DNA from: an uncultured Bdellovibrionales bacterium
GTDB taxonomy: Bacteria; Myxococcota; XYA12-FULL-58-9; JASMKV01
Assembly (NCBI GenBank): GCA_964013445.1
Contig: CAXGWX010000001.1
Span: forward strand, 5,055-69,054
Direction: 5' to 3'
DNA: 64,000 nt
Part shown: positions 49,029-60,037 of the stretch, piece after piece
Layout of the letters: the number at the start of each line of letters is the position of its first letter
How positions within the stretch are numbered: position 1 is the stretch's first letter
Translations under genes and position numbers: made by a program
Notes under the pieces: model-generated
The model's database searches: none
Seen by the model: only the letters and a program-made list of their open reading frames with translations
What the model was told of the DNA's origin: nothing

Positions 49029-49839
49029 ACTTTTCGAGCTTAACTTTTTTGGTCTCTCCTTGCCCTTGCATACCTATGGTTTGATGATTGCTACGGGCTT
49101 TCTGATTGCGATGATGCTCAGCGCCAGACAGGCGACCAAAGAGCATGAGGATGCGGACCGTATCGTTGATATGGCTTTTTATGTGCTGCTTGCCGGGCTT
49201 CTTGGTGCTCGGGTTATTTTCATCATCACTAAGTTTGATGATTATATGCGAAATCCTATTGAGATTCTCATGTTTTGGCGTGGCGGCTTGGTCTGGTACG
49301 GCGGTTTTATTGGGGCAGCTCTTTTTCTCGTTTTTTATTCACGGCGATATAAGATTAATTTTTTCAAATATGCCGATATTCTTGTTCCCTATATGGCCTT
49401 GGCTCACGCTATCGGACGGTTTGGCTGTTTGGCCGCAGGTTGTTGTCATGGCAAGCCCACAGATTTCTTTTTGGGGGTAAGTTTTCCCGCTGACTCTATG
49501 GCTGCTCATTCTCATCAGGTTGAAGGTCTTATCGCTCCAGGCGTTGCTTCTTTGCCGGTGCACCCAACACAGCTTTATGAGGCAGGGGCTGAATTCTTGC
49601 TTTTTCTCTTCTTGCTATGGATCCGCCGCGCAAAAGTCTTCCATGGGCAGATTTTATTGGTTTGGCTTGGGGCTTACCCGGTCATTCGTTCAATTATTGA
49701 AATGTTTCGTGGGGATAAGGGCAGAGGGGTGTATATCTTATCGACCTCGCAATATATTTCCATTGGCATCGCGATGGTCGCCATTGTTCTCTATTTCAAG
49801 TTGAGACAGAAGCGAATTTCCAGCGAACTAAGTGCCTAA
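49018..49839 (+). CDS. lgt: Phosphatidylglycerol-prolipoprotein diacylglyceryl transferase
   Basis: Lgt signature HPTQLYEA and GRFGCLAAGCCHG. Start assumed at the GTG (VHPKLFELNFFG) overlapping the lspA stop. The listed ORF starts at an ATG at 48964 inside lspA. Confidence 0.8.
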   Translation: MHPKLFELNFFGLSLPLHTYGLMIATGFLIAMMLSARQATKEHEDADRIVDMAFYVLLAGLLGARVIFIITKFDDYMRNPIEILMFWRGGLVWYGGFIGAALFLVFYSRRYKINFFKYADILVPYMALAHAIGRFGCLAAGCCHGKPTDFFLGVSFPADSMAAHSHQVEGLIAPGVASLPVHPTQLYEAGAEFLLFLFLLWIRRAKVFHGQILLVWLGAYPVIRSIIEMFRGDKGRGVYILSTSQYISIGIAMVAIVLYFKLRQKRISSELSA

Positions 49840-49847
49840 GCTTGAGT

Positions 49848-50312
49848 TTAGGAATTCTGTAGCTGTTCTTCAGGTGGCTTTAGAAAAGTTACTTTTTCTT
49901 TTGAAGCTTCAGCCGTACCACTCATATTACAGTTACCATCAAAGATAACGCCACGCTCAATAAGAAGCTGTGGTGTGGTTATATTGCCGTAGAGTTTGCC
50001 TGGAGCATGGATTTCTACAACCTGAGTGGCTGTAATATCACCACGAACTTCGCCATTAATGATGATGCTGCCAACAAAGATATTGGCTTGAACATGAGCA
50101 CTTTCGCCAATCACCAGGACATTTTCCGTGCTGATTTCACCCTGGAAGCGGCCGTCGATACGGACAGTACCTTCAAAGGCAAGTTTACCTTCAAAAGAGC
50201 TTTCAGGCCCCAAAATGGTGTGGATATCTTCCACATTCATGGTTGGTGTGTCGAAATCTTCCTGATTTTTTCGTAGTGCCGCCATACTATTCTCCTCTAA
50301 GGTTGGCGCCAC
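49848..50312 (-). CDS. Bactofilin-family cytoskeletal protein
   Basis: Repetitive beta-helical bactofilin core (GRFQGEIS...VIGESAHVQANIFVGSIIINGEVRGDITA...). 154 aa. Confidence 0.75.
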   Translation of the reverse strand: MAPTLEENSMAALRKNQEDFDTPTMNVEDIHTILGPESSFEGKLAFEGTVRIDGRFQGEISTENVLVIGESAHVQANIFVGSIIINGEVRGDITATQVVEIHAPGKLYGNITTPQLLIERGVIFDGNCNMSGTAEASKEKVTFLKPPEEQLQNS

Positions 50313-50432
50313 ATATCAATCGAAAATCTAAAGATCCAGTCTGCGAGGAAAAAATAGTGCCTTTTTGGGTTGATTTTTACTCGGGAAGAGAGTGTGTTTC
50401 ATTGGCTTTTCTAGGCCAAGGACAAAAATACG

Positions 50433-50807
50433 ATGAAAAATGATATGATTTGTGGACATGATTTAACCTACCAAGTTCGCGTGGGTTTTCACGATTTTGA
50501 GCGAAATATTCAACAACGGGTAAAGATAAATTTTGCCGCGGAGACGAATTGGCAGCAGGCGGTTGCCAAGGATGAGCCGGTCGACATTGTTGATTATTAT
50601 CTGCTCAATGAGGCTATTGAGAAAATGGTCAGCCAAAAAAGCTGGAATCTAATCGAAAGCTTGGCTGAAGATGTGGCCAAGCTTATCTGTACGAAATTTA
50701 ATGTTCAGGCGGTAGAGGTTCGAGTCAACAAGAAGCCACTTGATATGCCCAATGTGAGTGAAGTCTCCGCTTGTTGTTATCGACGCAAGGAAGACTATAA
50801 AAACTAA
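50433..50807 (+). CDS. folB: Dihydroneopterin aldolase-family protein (FolB-like)
   Basis: 124 aa. Pattern of conserved E/K/Y positions (FHDFERNIQQRVKINF...VDYYLL) consistent with the FolB tunnel fold. Confidence 0.55.
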   Translation: MKNDMICGHDLTYQVRVGFHDFERNIQQRVKINFAAETNWQQAVAKDEPVDIVDYYLLNEAIEKMVSQKSWNLIESLAEDVAKLICTKFNVQAVEVRVNKKPLDMPNVSEVSACCYRRKEDYKN

Positions 50808-50812
50808 AGTAG

Positions 50813-51466
50813 ATGAAAATTATCTCGAATACGGCCATAAGTTTGGATGGCAAAATTTCCACCCGAACGAATGAACATATAAGTTTAGGGTCGGAGGCTG
50901 ACAGAGTCAGGATGTCAGAAATCCGAACCATGGCCGATGCGGTTTTGGTTGGTGGCACAACCTTTCGCAACTGGCCCTACCCTTTGATTGAAAGCCCGAA
51001 ACATGGAGAGTGGCCCGCACGTGATAGACCCATCTTGAATTTTGTGATGAGTCGTAGGGGCTTCAATACCTCTGATTGTGCGCTTAAGGGCTGGCCTGCG
51101 CAGAATGTCGAATTAGTCTTTTGTACAGCGCAGGGAACGGTGATTGAATCAAGTATTCTGGAGAAGACTCAAGGAAAACAGATTCAATTTGCAAGCCCTA
51201 CGGTATTGGATATCATTGACTATATTGCAGCGCAGGGTGCGAAAGTGCTTTTGATCGAAGCAGGGGGCGCGGTTCTTTTCGAGCTTTTTAAGAATAATTT
51301 GATTAATGATATTTATTTGACACTTTGCCCATTTATTGTCGGTGGTTCGCAGTCTTCAACATTAAGCGATGGCGAAGGGTTTTCTTCTGAAAGTTTAAAA
51401 AAGTTTGATCTGGTGCAGGAAGATAGATTGGGAAATGAACTCTATCTGCACTACACCGCTTCATGA
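50813..51466 (+). CDS. RibD C-terminal domain / dihydrofolate-reductase-like reductase
   Basis: MKIISNTAISLDGKIS...MADAVLVGGTTF pattern typical of the RibD_C/DHFR-like family. 217 aa. Confidence 0.55.
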   Translation: MKIISNTAISLDGKISTRTNEHISLGSEADRVRMSEIRTMADAVLVGGTTFRNWPYPLIESPKHGEWPARDRPILNFVMSRRGFNTSDCALKGWPAQNVELVFCTAQGTVIESSILEKTQGKQIQFASPTVLDIIDYIAAQGAKVLLIEAGGAVLFELFKNNLINDIYLTLCPFIVGGSQSSTLSDGEGFSSESLKKFDLVQEDRLGNELYLHYTAS

Positions 51467-51480
51467 TGCAGTGCAGATAG
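51442..51480. terminator. 10-bp inverted repeat (CTATCTGCAC/GTGCAGATAG) between the convergent RibD_C-like gene and recA; possible bidirectional terminator
   Basis: Perfect 10-bp stem with a 19-nt loop that contains the TGA stop of the plus-strand gene. No clear U tract. Confidence 0.25.
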
Positions 51481-51494
51481 GATTTGTGTCACGC

Positions 51495-52637
51495 TTAGTT
51501 GGCGTGATTTCTGGCAGCTTTTCCGTTTTGTTTTTTGGCTTGCGCCTCATTGACCGGCGCAGCATTCTCTGGTGCCTTTTTTGCCTTAATGGTCATAGAG
51601 TTGCCCTGTGCATTTTCCGCTGACTCTTTAGGGAGAACACCAAAATGCAAGCGAATGCGCTCTTCTAATTCTTCAGCAATGCCAGGATTGGCTTGCAGGT
51701 ATTCTTTTGCTTGTGCCCTGCCCTGACCCAGCTTGTCACCTTTGTAGGCATACCAGGAGCCGGCCTTGTCGATAATTCCCAGATCGGTTGAAAGATCGAC
51801 CAAGTCGCCAAATTTACAGATGCCTTCCCCATAAAGGATATCAAATTCATGGTCACGGAATGGAGGTGCCAACTTGTTTTTGACGATCTTAACTCTTGTG
51901 CGGTTACCAGAAATTTTGTCCCCTTGTTTGATTTGACCGATACGACGAATCTCCATGCGTTGAGAGGCATAGAATTTCAACGCATTTCCACCTGTCGTGG
52001 TTTCTGGGTTACCGAACATAACACCAATTTTCATACGAATTTGGTTGATGAAAACAACTGAGGTGCGGCTCTTGGAAATAATACCGGTGAGCTTTCTTAA
52101 AGCCTGACTCATAAGACGGGCTTGCAGTCCCATATGCGAGTCACCCATATCCCCTTCGATTTCAGCTCGCGGTACGAGTGCGGCAACCGAATCGATAACG
52201 AGAATGTCTACCGCATTTGAGCGAACAAGCATTTCCGCAATTTCCAAAGCCTGCTCACCATTATCAGGCTGTGAAATGAGTAGGTCATCAGTTTTGACTC
52301 CAAGTTTGCGTGCGTAGTTGATATCGAGGGCGTGTTCCGCATCGATGAATGCGGCCACTCCACCTTGCTTTTGTGCTTCAGCGAGTGCATGGAGGGTTAG
52401 AGTCGTTTTACCGCTTGATTCTGGTCCATAGATTTCGATGATTCGACCGCGGGCCAGGCCACCAATTCCGAGAGCCACATCAATCCCGATAGAGCCGGTT
52501 GAAATGGTGGGAATGTCATGAACAATCTGCTCATTCTCGCCCAAGCGCATGATTGAACCCTTGCCGAATTGTTTCTCAATCGAGCCCATTGCCAGTTCAA
52601 TTGCTTTTTCCCGATCAAATGTGTTTTGCTTTGCCAT
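51495..52637 (-). CDS. recA: Recombinase RecA
   Basis: [17 protein letters not shown]...[11 protein letters not shown]-terminus and Walker [11 protein letters not shown]. Start placed at the conserved MAKQ (AAAGGCAG RBS upstream). The listed ORF extends 45 codons further to 52772. Confidence 0.9.
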   Translation of the reverse strand: MAKQNTFDREKAIELAMGSIEKQFGKGSIMRLGENEQIVHDIPTISTGSIGIDVALGIGGLARGRIIEIYGPESSGKTTLTLHALAEAQKQGGVAAFIDAEHALDINYARKLGVKTDDLLISQPDNGEQALEIAEMLVRSNAVDILVIDSVAALVPRAEIEGDMGDSHMGLQARLMSQALRKLTGIISKSRTSVVFINQIRMKIGVMFGNPETTTGGNALKFYASQRMEIRRIGQIKQGDKISGNRTRVKIVKNKLAPPFRDHEFDILYGEGICKFGDLVDLSTDLGIIDKAGSWYAYKGDKLGQGRAQAKEYLQANPGIAEELEERIRLHFGVLPKESAENAQGNSMTIKAKKAPENAAPVNEAQAKKQNGKAARNHAN

Positions 52638-52879
52638 TGTTTTTAAGCTGCCTTTCTTTGTGAGGAGAAGTTCTCCTCGATGTTCAGTGTGATACTGAAC
52701 AAATGTTTCAGTGTCAATGCTAATTCTTATGCCATGGAGGTCTGACAGTTTTTTTGTTCCTGAAAAATGCATTAAAAACAGTGGTCTAGAGAGATGTTCG
52801 TGAGAGATTAAAGTCTGGGCAAAACCTTGAGTTGTGCTTCTGGATGGTTTAATTCCTGCCTATCTAAGGAGAGAGAATA

Positions 52880-53539
52880 ATGAAAAATTGCCAATATTAT
52901 CTCAGTTTGGTCTTTGCGGGCGCCCTATTCTTAGTTGCCGGCTGTCAGGTCGGTGCGAATGCGGCAGGGCCGAAGAGCGAAGGTTCTGGGCCAAACCCCG
53001 TATTGATTCTGGATACGAACCAGGGCCAGATTGCCATTGAGCTAGATAAGGCAAAAGCACCGATTTCCACCGAAAATATTTTAACCTATGCAAAAAATGG
53101 CTTTTATGAGGGAGTTATTTTTCACCGCATTATTCCCAATTTTATGGTTCAAGCAGGCGGTTTTGATGCAGCCTTGAAAAAGCATGGGCCGCTGCGGCCA
53201 ACAATTAAAAATGAGGCGGCCAATGGTCTAAGTAATGTCCGCGGCACCGTGGCAATGGCTCGCACCCAGGTCGTCGATTCCGCGTCCTCACAGTTTTTTA
53301 TTAATCTTGTGGATAACTCGCGTCTCGATCATCGCTCGAAAGATTCACGTGGTTATGGCTATGCGGTTTTTGGAAAAGTTATCGAAGGCATGGATGTTGT
53401 GGATAAGATTGCCCAGCAAAAAACTCTATGCCCCAGCTCAAAACGGGGTCCTTGTAACGCGAAGCTACCGATGGGGATGCGCGATGTTCCTGCTGAACCA
53501 ATTGTGATCAAAAAAGCCTATCAGCGAAAGGTGAAGTAG
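52880..53539 (+). CDS. ppiA: Cyclophilin-type peptidyl-prolyl cis-trans isomerase, lipoprotein
   Basis: Lipobox LVAGC after a signal peptide. Cyclophilin core VIFHRIIPNFMVQAGG. Confidence 0.85.
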   Translation: MKNCQYYLSLVFAGALFLVAGCQVGANAAGPKSEGSGPNPVLILDTNQGQIAIELDKAKAPISTENILTYAKNGFYEGVIFHRIIPNFMVQAGGFDAALKKHGPLRPTIKNEAANGLSNVRGTVAMARTQVVDSASSQFFINLVDNSRLDHRSKDSRGYGYAVFGKVIEGMDVVDKIAQQKTLCPSSKRGPCNAKLPMGMRDVPAEPIVIKKAYQRKVK

Positions 53540-53540
53540 C

Positions 53541-54752
53541 ATGGCAAAAGTTTTTCCATTTCAGGCATTGAGGCCAAAGCCGGAATTTGCAGAGAAGGTT
53601 GCTTCCGTTCCCTATGATGTTGTGAATTCTGCAGAGGCAAAAGCGTTGGCGGCGGATAATAACATGTCCTTTTTGCATGTTACAAAACCAGAGATCGATT
53701 TGGATGATGGTGTGGATTTATATTCTGACATTGTTTACGAGCAGGGCCGCAAAGCCCTGAATAGTCTGGTCGAAAAAGGTGTGTTGCAGCAGGATGAAAA
53801 AAAATGCTTTTATCTTTATCGTTTGAAAATGGGCGAGCATGTGCAGACTGGCATTGTTTTAACCGCATCTGTTGCCGATTATGACGAGAATATTGTGCGT
53901 AAGCATGAGTACACCCGTCCGGTTAAAGAGGATGATCGGGTGCGCCATATGTGCGCTCTTGAAGCGCAGTCCGGCACCGTATTTTTGGTGCATAAGCCCC
54001 ATGAGGTTTTAACAAAGATGGTTGAGAAAGTTTGTGCGGGTGCACCACTTTATGACTTTGAAAGCTCCGATGGTATTGGTCACACTCTTTGGATCGTTGA
54101 CCAGGATGAAGATATCCAAGCCTGCCAAGAGTCTTTCGTTGAACTTGGCCCTATTTATATTGCGGATGGTCATCATCGCTCCGCAGCCGCTTCTCGTTAT
54201 GTTAAAGAAAAGGCGGAAGGCAAGGCTGGTCCATGGGAGCAGTTCTTGGCGGTTTCTTTTTCAACAGATGAGATCAAAATTTTACCTTATAACCGAGTGG
54301 TTAAGGATTTGAATGGGCATAGTGCAGAGGAATTTCTGGAACTCTTGGCAAAAACTTTTGATATTGGTGAAGATAAGGCAGAATTAGAGCCTGGTAAGTT
54401 CAATATGTACTTGCAAGGAAAGTGGTATCATTTGAGTACAAAAAACCATGTGTTGGAGACGAGTAATCCGGTTGCGCGTTTGGACGTGAGCATTTTACAA
54501 GATCATTGTCTCTCCGCCCTTTTGGACATCGAAGATCCGCGGCGTGATAGCAGGGTTGATTTTGTTGGCGGAATCCGGGGCGATGCAGAGCTGGAAAAGC
54601 GTGTGAGTGAGGGCTGGGCCGCAGCCTTTAGCCTCTATCCAACCTCAATTTTGGATCTTTTGGCGATTGCGGATAGGGATGAGGTGATGCCGCCGAAAAG
54701 CACCTGGTTTGAGCCAAAATTGCGTGATGGACTGATGATACATAAGTTGTAG
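53541..54752 (+). CDS. DUF1015-family protein
   Basis: 403 aa with N-terminus MAKVFPFQALRPKPEFAEKVASVPYDVV. The DUF1015 call rests on that conserved N-terminal pattern as I recall it. Confidence 0.5.
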   Translation: MAKVFPFQALRPKPEFAEKVASVPYDVVNSAEAKALAADNNMSFLHVTKPEIDLDDGVDLYSDIVYEQGRKALNSLVEKGVLQQDEKKCFYLYRLKMGEHVQTGIVLTASVADYDENIVRKHEYTRPVKEDDRVRHMCALEAQSGTVFLVHKPHEVLTKMVEKVCAGAPLYDFESSDGIGHTLWIVDQDEDIQACQESFVELGPIYIADGHHRSAAASRYVKEKAEGKAGPWEQFLAVSFSTDEIKILPYNRVVKDLNGHSAEEFLELLAKTFDIGEDKAELEPGKFNMYLQGKWYHLSTKNHVLETSNPVARLDVSILQDHCLSALLDIEDPRRDSRVDFVGGIRGDAELEKRVSEGWAAAFSLYPTSILDLLAIADRDEVMPPKSTWFEPKLRDGLMIHKL

Positions 54753-54821
54753 TATACATCTAAAATAAAGAGGTAAAAGACTAGCCTCATTTGGGTCGGC
54801 TGGGTAAGTTTTAAGGTAGGA

Positions 54822-55448
54822 ATGCCAACAGAAGCTCTAAATAGTGTAAAATTAAGCGCTTTGCTTGATAATATCAGCTCTGAAAAGCTGCCCAAGGGGG
54901 ATCCGCGTTTGGCTTTGGCCAGTGGAATTCGCGCTGGGGAGATCGCCAGTGCGGGCACCATGGAGCGACGCTTTTTGGGTCTTTGCCAGCAGAGTATTGA
55001 TAATTTCAGTCTTCTCGACCTGCCGCCGGATGTTGCGCAGGCAATTTTAGATTCCCGGGCAAAATCCATGCAGGCATTTTTTGACTCATGGTCCGAAAGC
55101 ATTCGTGAGAACGCAAAACGGGATAAGGAATCCCATAAGCGTTATGTGAACAAGAAGAAAGATAATGCATCCACATTTGATCCGGCTAAGGCTCGCCGCA
55201 ATCTGCGTTTGACTTTGACCAAGGCCAAAGGGCATATCGGTACGGCTTACTGGCGAGAGGCCACCGACGCTTTGCATCCCTTTTCCAGCCATCAACACAC
55301 CGACGGATTGGATCGCAAGGAGCAAGAGAAGCTGCTTTCCCGACTCGAGGATATTGGTGAACGCTTGGCAAAGCTAAGTCATCAAGGCAAGGCACTTGCC
55401 CAACCCAATACGGGCGGCGTATCCTTACGTTCTTCGAACAAAGTCTAA
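54822..55448 (+). CDS. Hypothetical protein
   Basis: 208-aa ORF, basic, predicted helical. No motifs recognised. Confidence 0.3.
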   Translation: MPTEALNSVKLSALLDNISSEKLPKGDPRLALASGIRAGEIASAGTMERRFLGLCQQSIDNFSLLDLPPDVAQAILDSRAKSMQAFFDSWSESIRENAKRDKESHKRYVNKKKDNASTFDPAKARRNLRLTLTKAKGHIGTAYWREATDALHPFSSHQHTDGLDRKEQEKLLSRLEDIGERLAKLSHQGKALAQPNTGGVSLRSSNKV

Positions 55449-55477
55449 TCTAAATATTTAAGAAATTGAGAGCCGCG

Positions 55478-57901
55478 CTAATGTACGTGGTGGCTTTCGC
55501 CTTTTTCTTCCTCAGCCTTTTTATCGGCTTCTGCCTGCACATCATCTGACTCGGCATTATCCGCAAGTTTTGCAAAATAATCGCTGGGGTTGTCCAGGTC
55601 GAGGGCGTGTGTGATCACCTCATCCATATGTTTGACGATATGATAATTCATCACTTTGGCAATGGATTTAGGGATATCTTCAAGATCTTTTTCGTTTTCA
55701 GATGGGATAATCACATCAAAAATTTCAGCACGGTGGGCGGCCAGGGATTTTTCCTTTAAGCCACCGATAGGCAGCACCCGCCCACGCAAAGTTATTTCAC
55801 CGGTCATGGCGACATTGTTTTTGATCGGTATCTTTGTGAAGGCCGAAACCAGTGCACTGGCAATGGTGATGCCGGCGGAAGGTCCATCTTTAGGCATTGC
55901 CCCTTCAGGGACATGAATATGCACGTCGAGACTCGAATAAAACTCATCATCCAAGCCCCAGGTTTTTGAGCGCGAGCGTACATAGCTCATGGCGGCTTGA
56001 GCTGATTCCTGCATGACCTCGCCAAGCTTTCCTGTGACATGTAACTTGCCTTTGCCAGGCATCGTGGTGACTTCAACCTGTAGGACCTCTCCGCCCATAG
56101 AAGTCCAGGCGAGTCCGGTGGCCATACCGATTTGCGCGTCGTTCTCTTTCTTTTGGGTTCTGTGTTTTTCTATGCCCAAGTATTCGCGTATGCGTTTTGG
56201 TGTGATCGTATAGGATTTTTCTTCCTTAGACTTGACCACTTCGCGGGCAATCTTACGACATACGCTGGATATTTCACGCTCCAGCGTTCGCACACCTGCT
56301 TCACGAGTGTAGTTTTGAATGATTTTGCTGGTCGCGCCCTCGTTCCATTTAATCTTGTCAGCATTAAGACCGTTTTCACTGATTTGTTTGGGAATAAGGT
56401 ATTCTTTGGCGATGCATAGTTTTTCCAGCTCCGTGTAGCCGGAGAGGCGAATGATTTCCATTCGGTCCATAAGAGCCAGGGGAATGCCTTGGATATTGTT
56501 GGCGGTACAAACAAACATGATCTGTGAAAGGTCGTAATCAAGATCCAGATAGTGATCGTTGAAGGTATTGTTTTGCTCCGGATCTAAAACCTCGAGCAGA
56601 GCAGAACTTGGATCGCCACGAAAATCAGAGGACATTTTATCGACTTCATCGAGGAGGAAGACAGGATTGTTGGAGCCCGCCTTTTTCAGGCTTTGAATGA
56701 CTTTACCGGGCATGGCGCCAATATAGGTGCGACGGTGGCCGCGTATTTCAGCTTCGTCCCTAACTCCACCCAGGGACAAGCGCACAAATTTTCGATTGGT
56801 GGCGCGGGCGATAGATTTGCCCAAAGAAGTTTTTCCAACCCCCGGAGGGCCGACCAGACAAAGAATGGGCCCCTTAACTTTATCAACGAGTTTCTGTACA
56901 GCAAGATACTCGAGAATACGTTCTTTAGGCTTTTTAAGGCCGTGATGATCGGCCTCGAGAATTTCTTCCGCTTCTTCGATTTCGAGTTTGGTTTCAGTTA
57001 TCTCCTCCCAGGGCAAAGCCAGGCACCAATCGATATAGTTGCGTACCACTGTGGCTTCTGCGCTCATGGGGGACATCATCTTGAGCTTTTTAATTTCCTT
57101 AAGAAGTCGTTCCCGGGCTTCGTCTGAGAGGGATTTTTCAGCGATTTTATCTTCTATTTCCGACAATTCGGATTTGATGTCGTCCCGATCCCCTAGCTCT
57201 TTTTGAATCGCCCGCATTTGCTCGTTGAGATAATATTCTTTCTCCGTGCGCTCCATTTGCTTTTTAACGCGGGAGCGAATTTTGCGCTCGACCTGTAGGA
57301 TTTCAGTCTCGGCCTGGATCAGTTCGCACAGTTTTTCCAGCTGCTTTTCCGTGCCGTTCATTTCCAGCACCATTTGCTTATCCGCGTGTTTTAACGGCAG
57401 ATGGGCGACAACGGTGTAGGCCAATCGTTGCGCATCGTCGATTTGTTTAATGCTATTGACCACATCCGGTTGCAGTCGTCGTGAGATGCGTGCGTAGTGC
57501 TCGAAGACTTCGTGGATGGTGCGCTTAAGCGCCTTGGCTTCAGAAATCTTCGTTTCTTTTTGCGGATAATCTTCCACTTCGACATGGTAAAATTTATCTC
57601 CAGGGAGAAACTCCTTAATGCGAACCCTGTTCTGGCCTTCAATAAGAATTTTTACTGTGCCGTCCGGTCGTTTGATATGCTGCATGACGATACCGATCGT
57701 ACCAATTTCACAAATATCTTCGGCCTTCGGCTCGTTGGTTTTGGCTTTTTTCTGGGCGGCTAAGACCAGTTGCCGTCCCTCTTTCATGGCCTCGTCAACG
57801 GCCTGAATCGATTTTGCTCGCCCTACATAAAGGGGCACCATCATATGAGGAAAAACCACAATGTCGCGTAAGGGTAAAAGAGGTAAGGTTTTCTTTGTCA
57901 T
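55478..57901 (-). CDS. lon: ATP-dependent Lon protease
   Basis: [23 protein letters not shown] Lon N-domain. Walker [12 protein letters not shown]. Catalytic PKDGPSAGI Ser site. 807 aa. Confidence 0.9.
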   Translation of the reverse strand: MTKKTLPLLPLRDIVVFPHMMVPLYVGRAKSIQAVDEAMKEGRQLVLAAQKKAKTNEPKAEDICEIGTIGIVMQHIKRPDGTVKILIEGQNRVRIKEFLPGDKFYHVEVEDYPQKETKISEAKALKRTIHEVFEHYARISRRLQPDVVNSIKQIDDAQRLAYTVVAHLPLKHADKQMVLEMNGTEKQLEKLCELIQAETEILQVERKIRSRVKKQMERTEKEYYLNEQMRAIQKELGDRDDIKSELSEIEDKIAEKSLSDEARERLLKEIKKLKMMSPMSAEATVVRNYIDWCLALPWEEITETKLEIEEAEEILEADHHGLKKPKERILEYLAVQKLVDKVKGPILCLVGPPGVGKTSLGKSIARATNRKFVRLSLGGVRDEAEIRGHRRTYIGAMPGKVIQSLKKAGSNNPVFLLDEVDKMSSDFRGDPSSALLEVLDPEQNNTFNDHYLDLDYDLSQIMFVCTANNIQGIPLALMDRMEIIRLSGYTELEKLCIAKEYLIPKQISENGLNADKIKWNEGATSKIIQNYTREAGVRTLEREISSVCRKIAREVVKSKEEKSYTITPKRIREYLGIEKHRTQKKENDAQIGMATGLAWTSMGGEVLQVEVTTMPGKGKLHVTGKLGEVMQESAQAAMSYVRSRSKTWGLDDEFYSSLDVHIHVPEGAMPKDGPSAGITIASALVSAFTKIPIKNNVAMTGEITLRGRVLPIGGLKEKSLAAHRAEIFDVIIPSENEKDLEDIPKSIAKVMNYHIVKHMDEVITHALDLDNPSDYFAKLADNAESDDVQAEADKKAEEEKGESHHVH

Positions 57902-58029
57902 GATAAGGGTCGTTCCTAGTCTTTATTGGTCGAGATATACGAGGGGCAATACTACGCAAAGCAGGGGCCCTTGCAAGCTAAATCATTGTTCAGAGGATAT
58001 TAACAGATCGGTGGCCAATGAACCAGAGC

Positions 58030-59280
58030 TTAGCCGACCTCTTTTTCTTCACGATAGACGATGAGTGGTTGCTCGCTCCGGGTGATAACTTCTTCTGAGA
58101 TCATCACACCGCTGATTTCAGGTCTGCTGGGGATGCTGTACATGATATCCAACATCGAGCTTTCGAGTATGGAGCGTAGACCCCGGGCACCGGTTTTGCG
58201 TTCGATAGCCTTTGCGGCGATAGCATTCAGAGCGGCTTCTGCAAAGGTGAGTTCAACCTCGTCAATGGCAAAAAGCTTCTTATACTGCTTTGTCAGCGAG
58301 TTCTTAGGCTCTTTGAGAACCCGGATAAGTGCATCCGCATCCAGATCTGCCAAGGTAGCAAGAACAGGCAGGCGACCAACAAATTCCGGGATAAGACCGA
58401 ATTTTAGAAGGTCTTCGCCGCGGACTTTGCGCAAAATTTCACCAATTCCACCCTTGTCTCGCTTGGCCGGTTCGGAACCAAAGCCGATAGACTGCTTGCC
58501 TTCCCGCTGTTGAATGATTTTTTCGAGGCCAGAAAAGGCTCCGCCACAAATGAAAAGAATATTCGTCGTGTCCACCTGTAAAAATTCTTGCTGTGGATGT
58601 TTTCGACCACCTTTGGGTGGAATGTTTGCGGTTGTCCCTTCAATGATCTTCAGTAAGGCCTGCTGTACACCTTCCCCGGAAACATCACGGGTAATAGAAG
58701 GATTTTCGCTCTTACGGGCGATCTTATCGATTTCATCGATATAAACAATTCCCCGTTGGGCTCGCTCAATATCTCCATCGGCGGCTTGCACAAGATTAAC
58801 GATGATATTTTCTACATCTTCACCGACATAGCCCGCCTCTGTGAGGCTGGTGGCATCGGCGATGCAGAAAGGCACGTTCAAGATCTTCGCTAAAGTTTGG
58901 GCGAGTAATGTTTTCCCGCAGCCGGTTGGCCCGACAAGCATAATATTCGATTTTTGCAGCTCCACATCATCGATGTCCGCCGGGCAATCGATTCGCTTGT
59001 AGTGATTATGCACTGCGACGGAGAGTACTTTTTTGGCATGCTCCTGGCCAATCACATATTCATCAAGAATAGCTTTGATTTCAGCGGGTTTGGGGATGGG
59101 ATCAGAGGATTTTTCGCTTTCTTCAACTTCCAGTTCTTCCGCAATAATATCATTACAGAGGCCAATACACTCGTCGCAAATATATACGGTTGGGCCGGCG
59201 ATGAGTTTGCGCACTTCTTTTTGATTTTTTCCGCAGAATGAGCAGACCAGCGAATTTGTTGTGTGATTTCGACTAGGCAC
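58030..59280 (-). CDS. clpX: ATP-dependent Clp protease ATP-binding subunit ClpX
   Basis: Zinc-finger CSFCGK...CDEC. Walker [12 protein letters not shown] start with a GGAG RBS. 416 aa. Confidence 0.9.
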   Translation of the reverse strand: MPSRNHTTNSLVCSFCGKNQKEVRKLIAGPTVYICDECIGLCNDIIAEELEVEESEKSSDPIPKPAEIKAILDEYVIGQEHAKKVLSVAVHNHYKRIDCPADIDDVELQKSNIMLVGPTGCGKTLLAQTLAKILNVPFCIADATSLTEAGYVGEDVENIIVNLVQAADGDIERAQRGIVYIDEIDKIARKSENPSITRDVSGEGVQQALLKIIEGTTANIPPKGGRKHPQQEFLQVDTTNILFICGGAFSGLEKIIQQREGKQSIGFGSEPAKRDKGGIGEILRKVRGEDLLKFGLIPEFVGRLPVLATLADLDADALIRVLKEPKNSLTKQYKKLFAIDEVELTFAEAALNAIAAKAIERKTGARGLRSILESSMLDIMYSIPSRPEISGVMISEEVITRSEQPLIVYREEKEVG

Positions 59281-59417
59281 AAAAAGCTCCTTAATATCCC
59301 CTTAAAATAAAGGGGAATCTCGCGTTCAAGGCTACAGCCACATTCTTCCCCAACTCTAGCCGGAGCGCAAGAAAACTTGTTTAGATTCCGAAGCTATCGT
59401 CGAAATCACAAGAAAAT

Positions 59418-60023
59418 TTAAGATTTTGTGTCACTTTTTGGGCGTTTATCGACGACCGAATCAACCAAGCCGTACTCTTTGGCTGCAATGGCGGACAAAA
59501 AGAAGTCACGATCGCAGTCATCCCGCACCCGATCTTCGTCCTGGCCGCTGTGTTTTGAGAGCAGGGAGATTAAAAGCTCTTTAATCTTAATGATTTCTTT
59601 GGCCTGTATCTCCATATCGGAGGCCTGGCCCTGGGCGCCGCCTAAGGGTTGGTGAATCATGACGCGGGAATTGGGCAGGGCGTAACGTTTGCCCTTTTCT
59701 CCCGCGGCAAGCAAAACTGCACCCATACTGGCCGCCTGTCCCATGCATAGGGTGGAAATCGGCGCCTTAATATATTGCATCGTGTCGTAGATCGCCAAGC
59801 CGGCGGTTACGGAGCCACCTGGGCTGTTGATGTAGAGATTAATTTCTTTTTCAGCATCTTCCGATTCGAGAAATAGAAGCTGAGCAACAATAACGTTGGC
59901 AACATCGTCGTTGATTGGTGTTCCAACAAAAACGATACGATCTTTCAGCAATCTTGACCAAATATCGTATTGACGCTCACCGCGGTGGGTCTGTTCTAAA
60001 ACGAATGGAACCTGGTAGGGCAT
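59418..60023 (-). CDS. clpP: ATP-dependent Clp protease proteolytic subunit ClpP
   Basis: Catalytic GQAASMGA Ser region and HQP His motif. 201 aa. Confidence 0.9.
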   Translation of the reverse strand: MPYQVPFVLEQTHRGERQYDIWSRLLKDRIVFVGTPINDDVANVIVAQLLFLESEDAEKEINLYINSPGGSVTAGLAIYDTMQYIKAPISTLCMGQAASMGAVLLAAGEKGKRYALPNSRVMIHQPLGGAQGQASDMEIQAKEIIKIKELLISLLSKHSGQDEDRVRDDCDRDFFLSAIAAKEYGLVDSVVDKRPKSDTKS

Positions 60024-60037
60024 GATGACCTCTTTTG

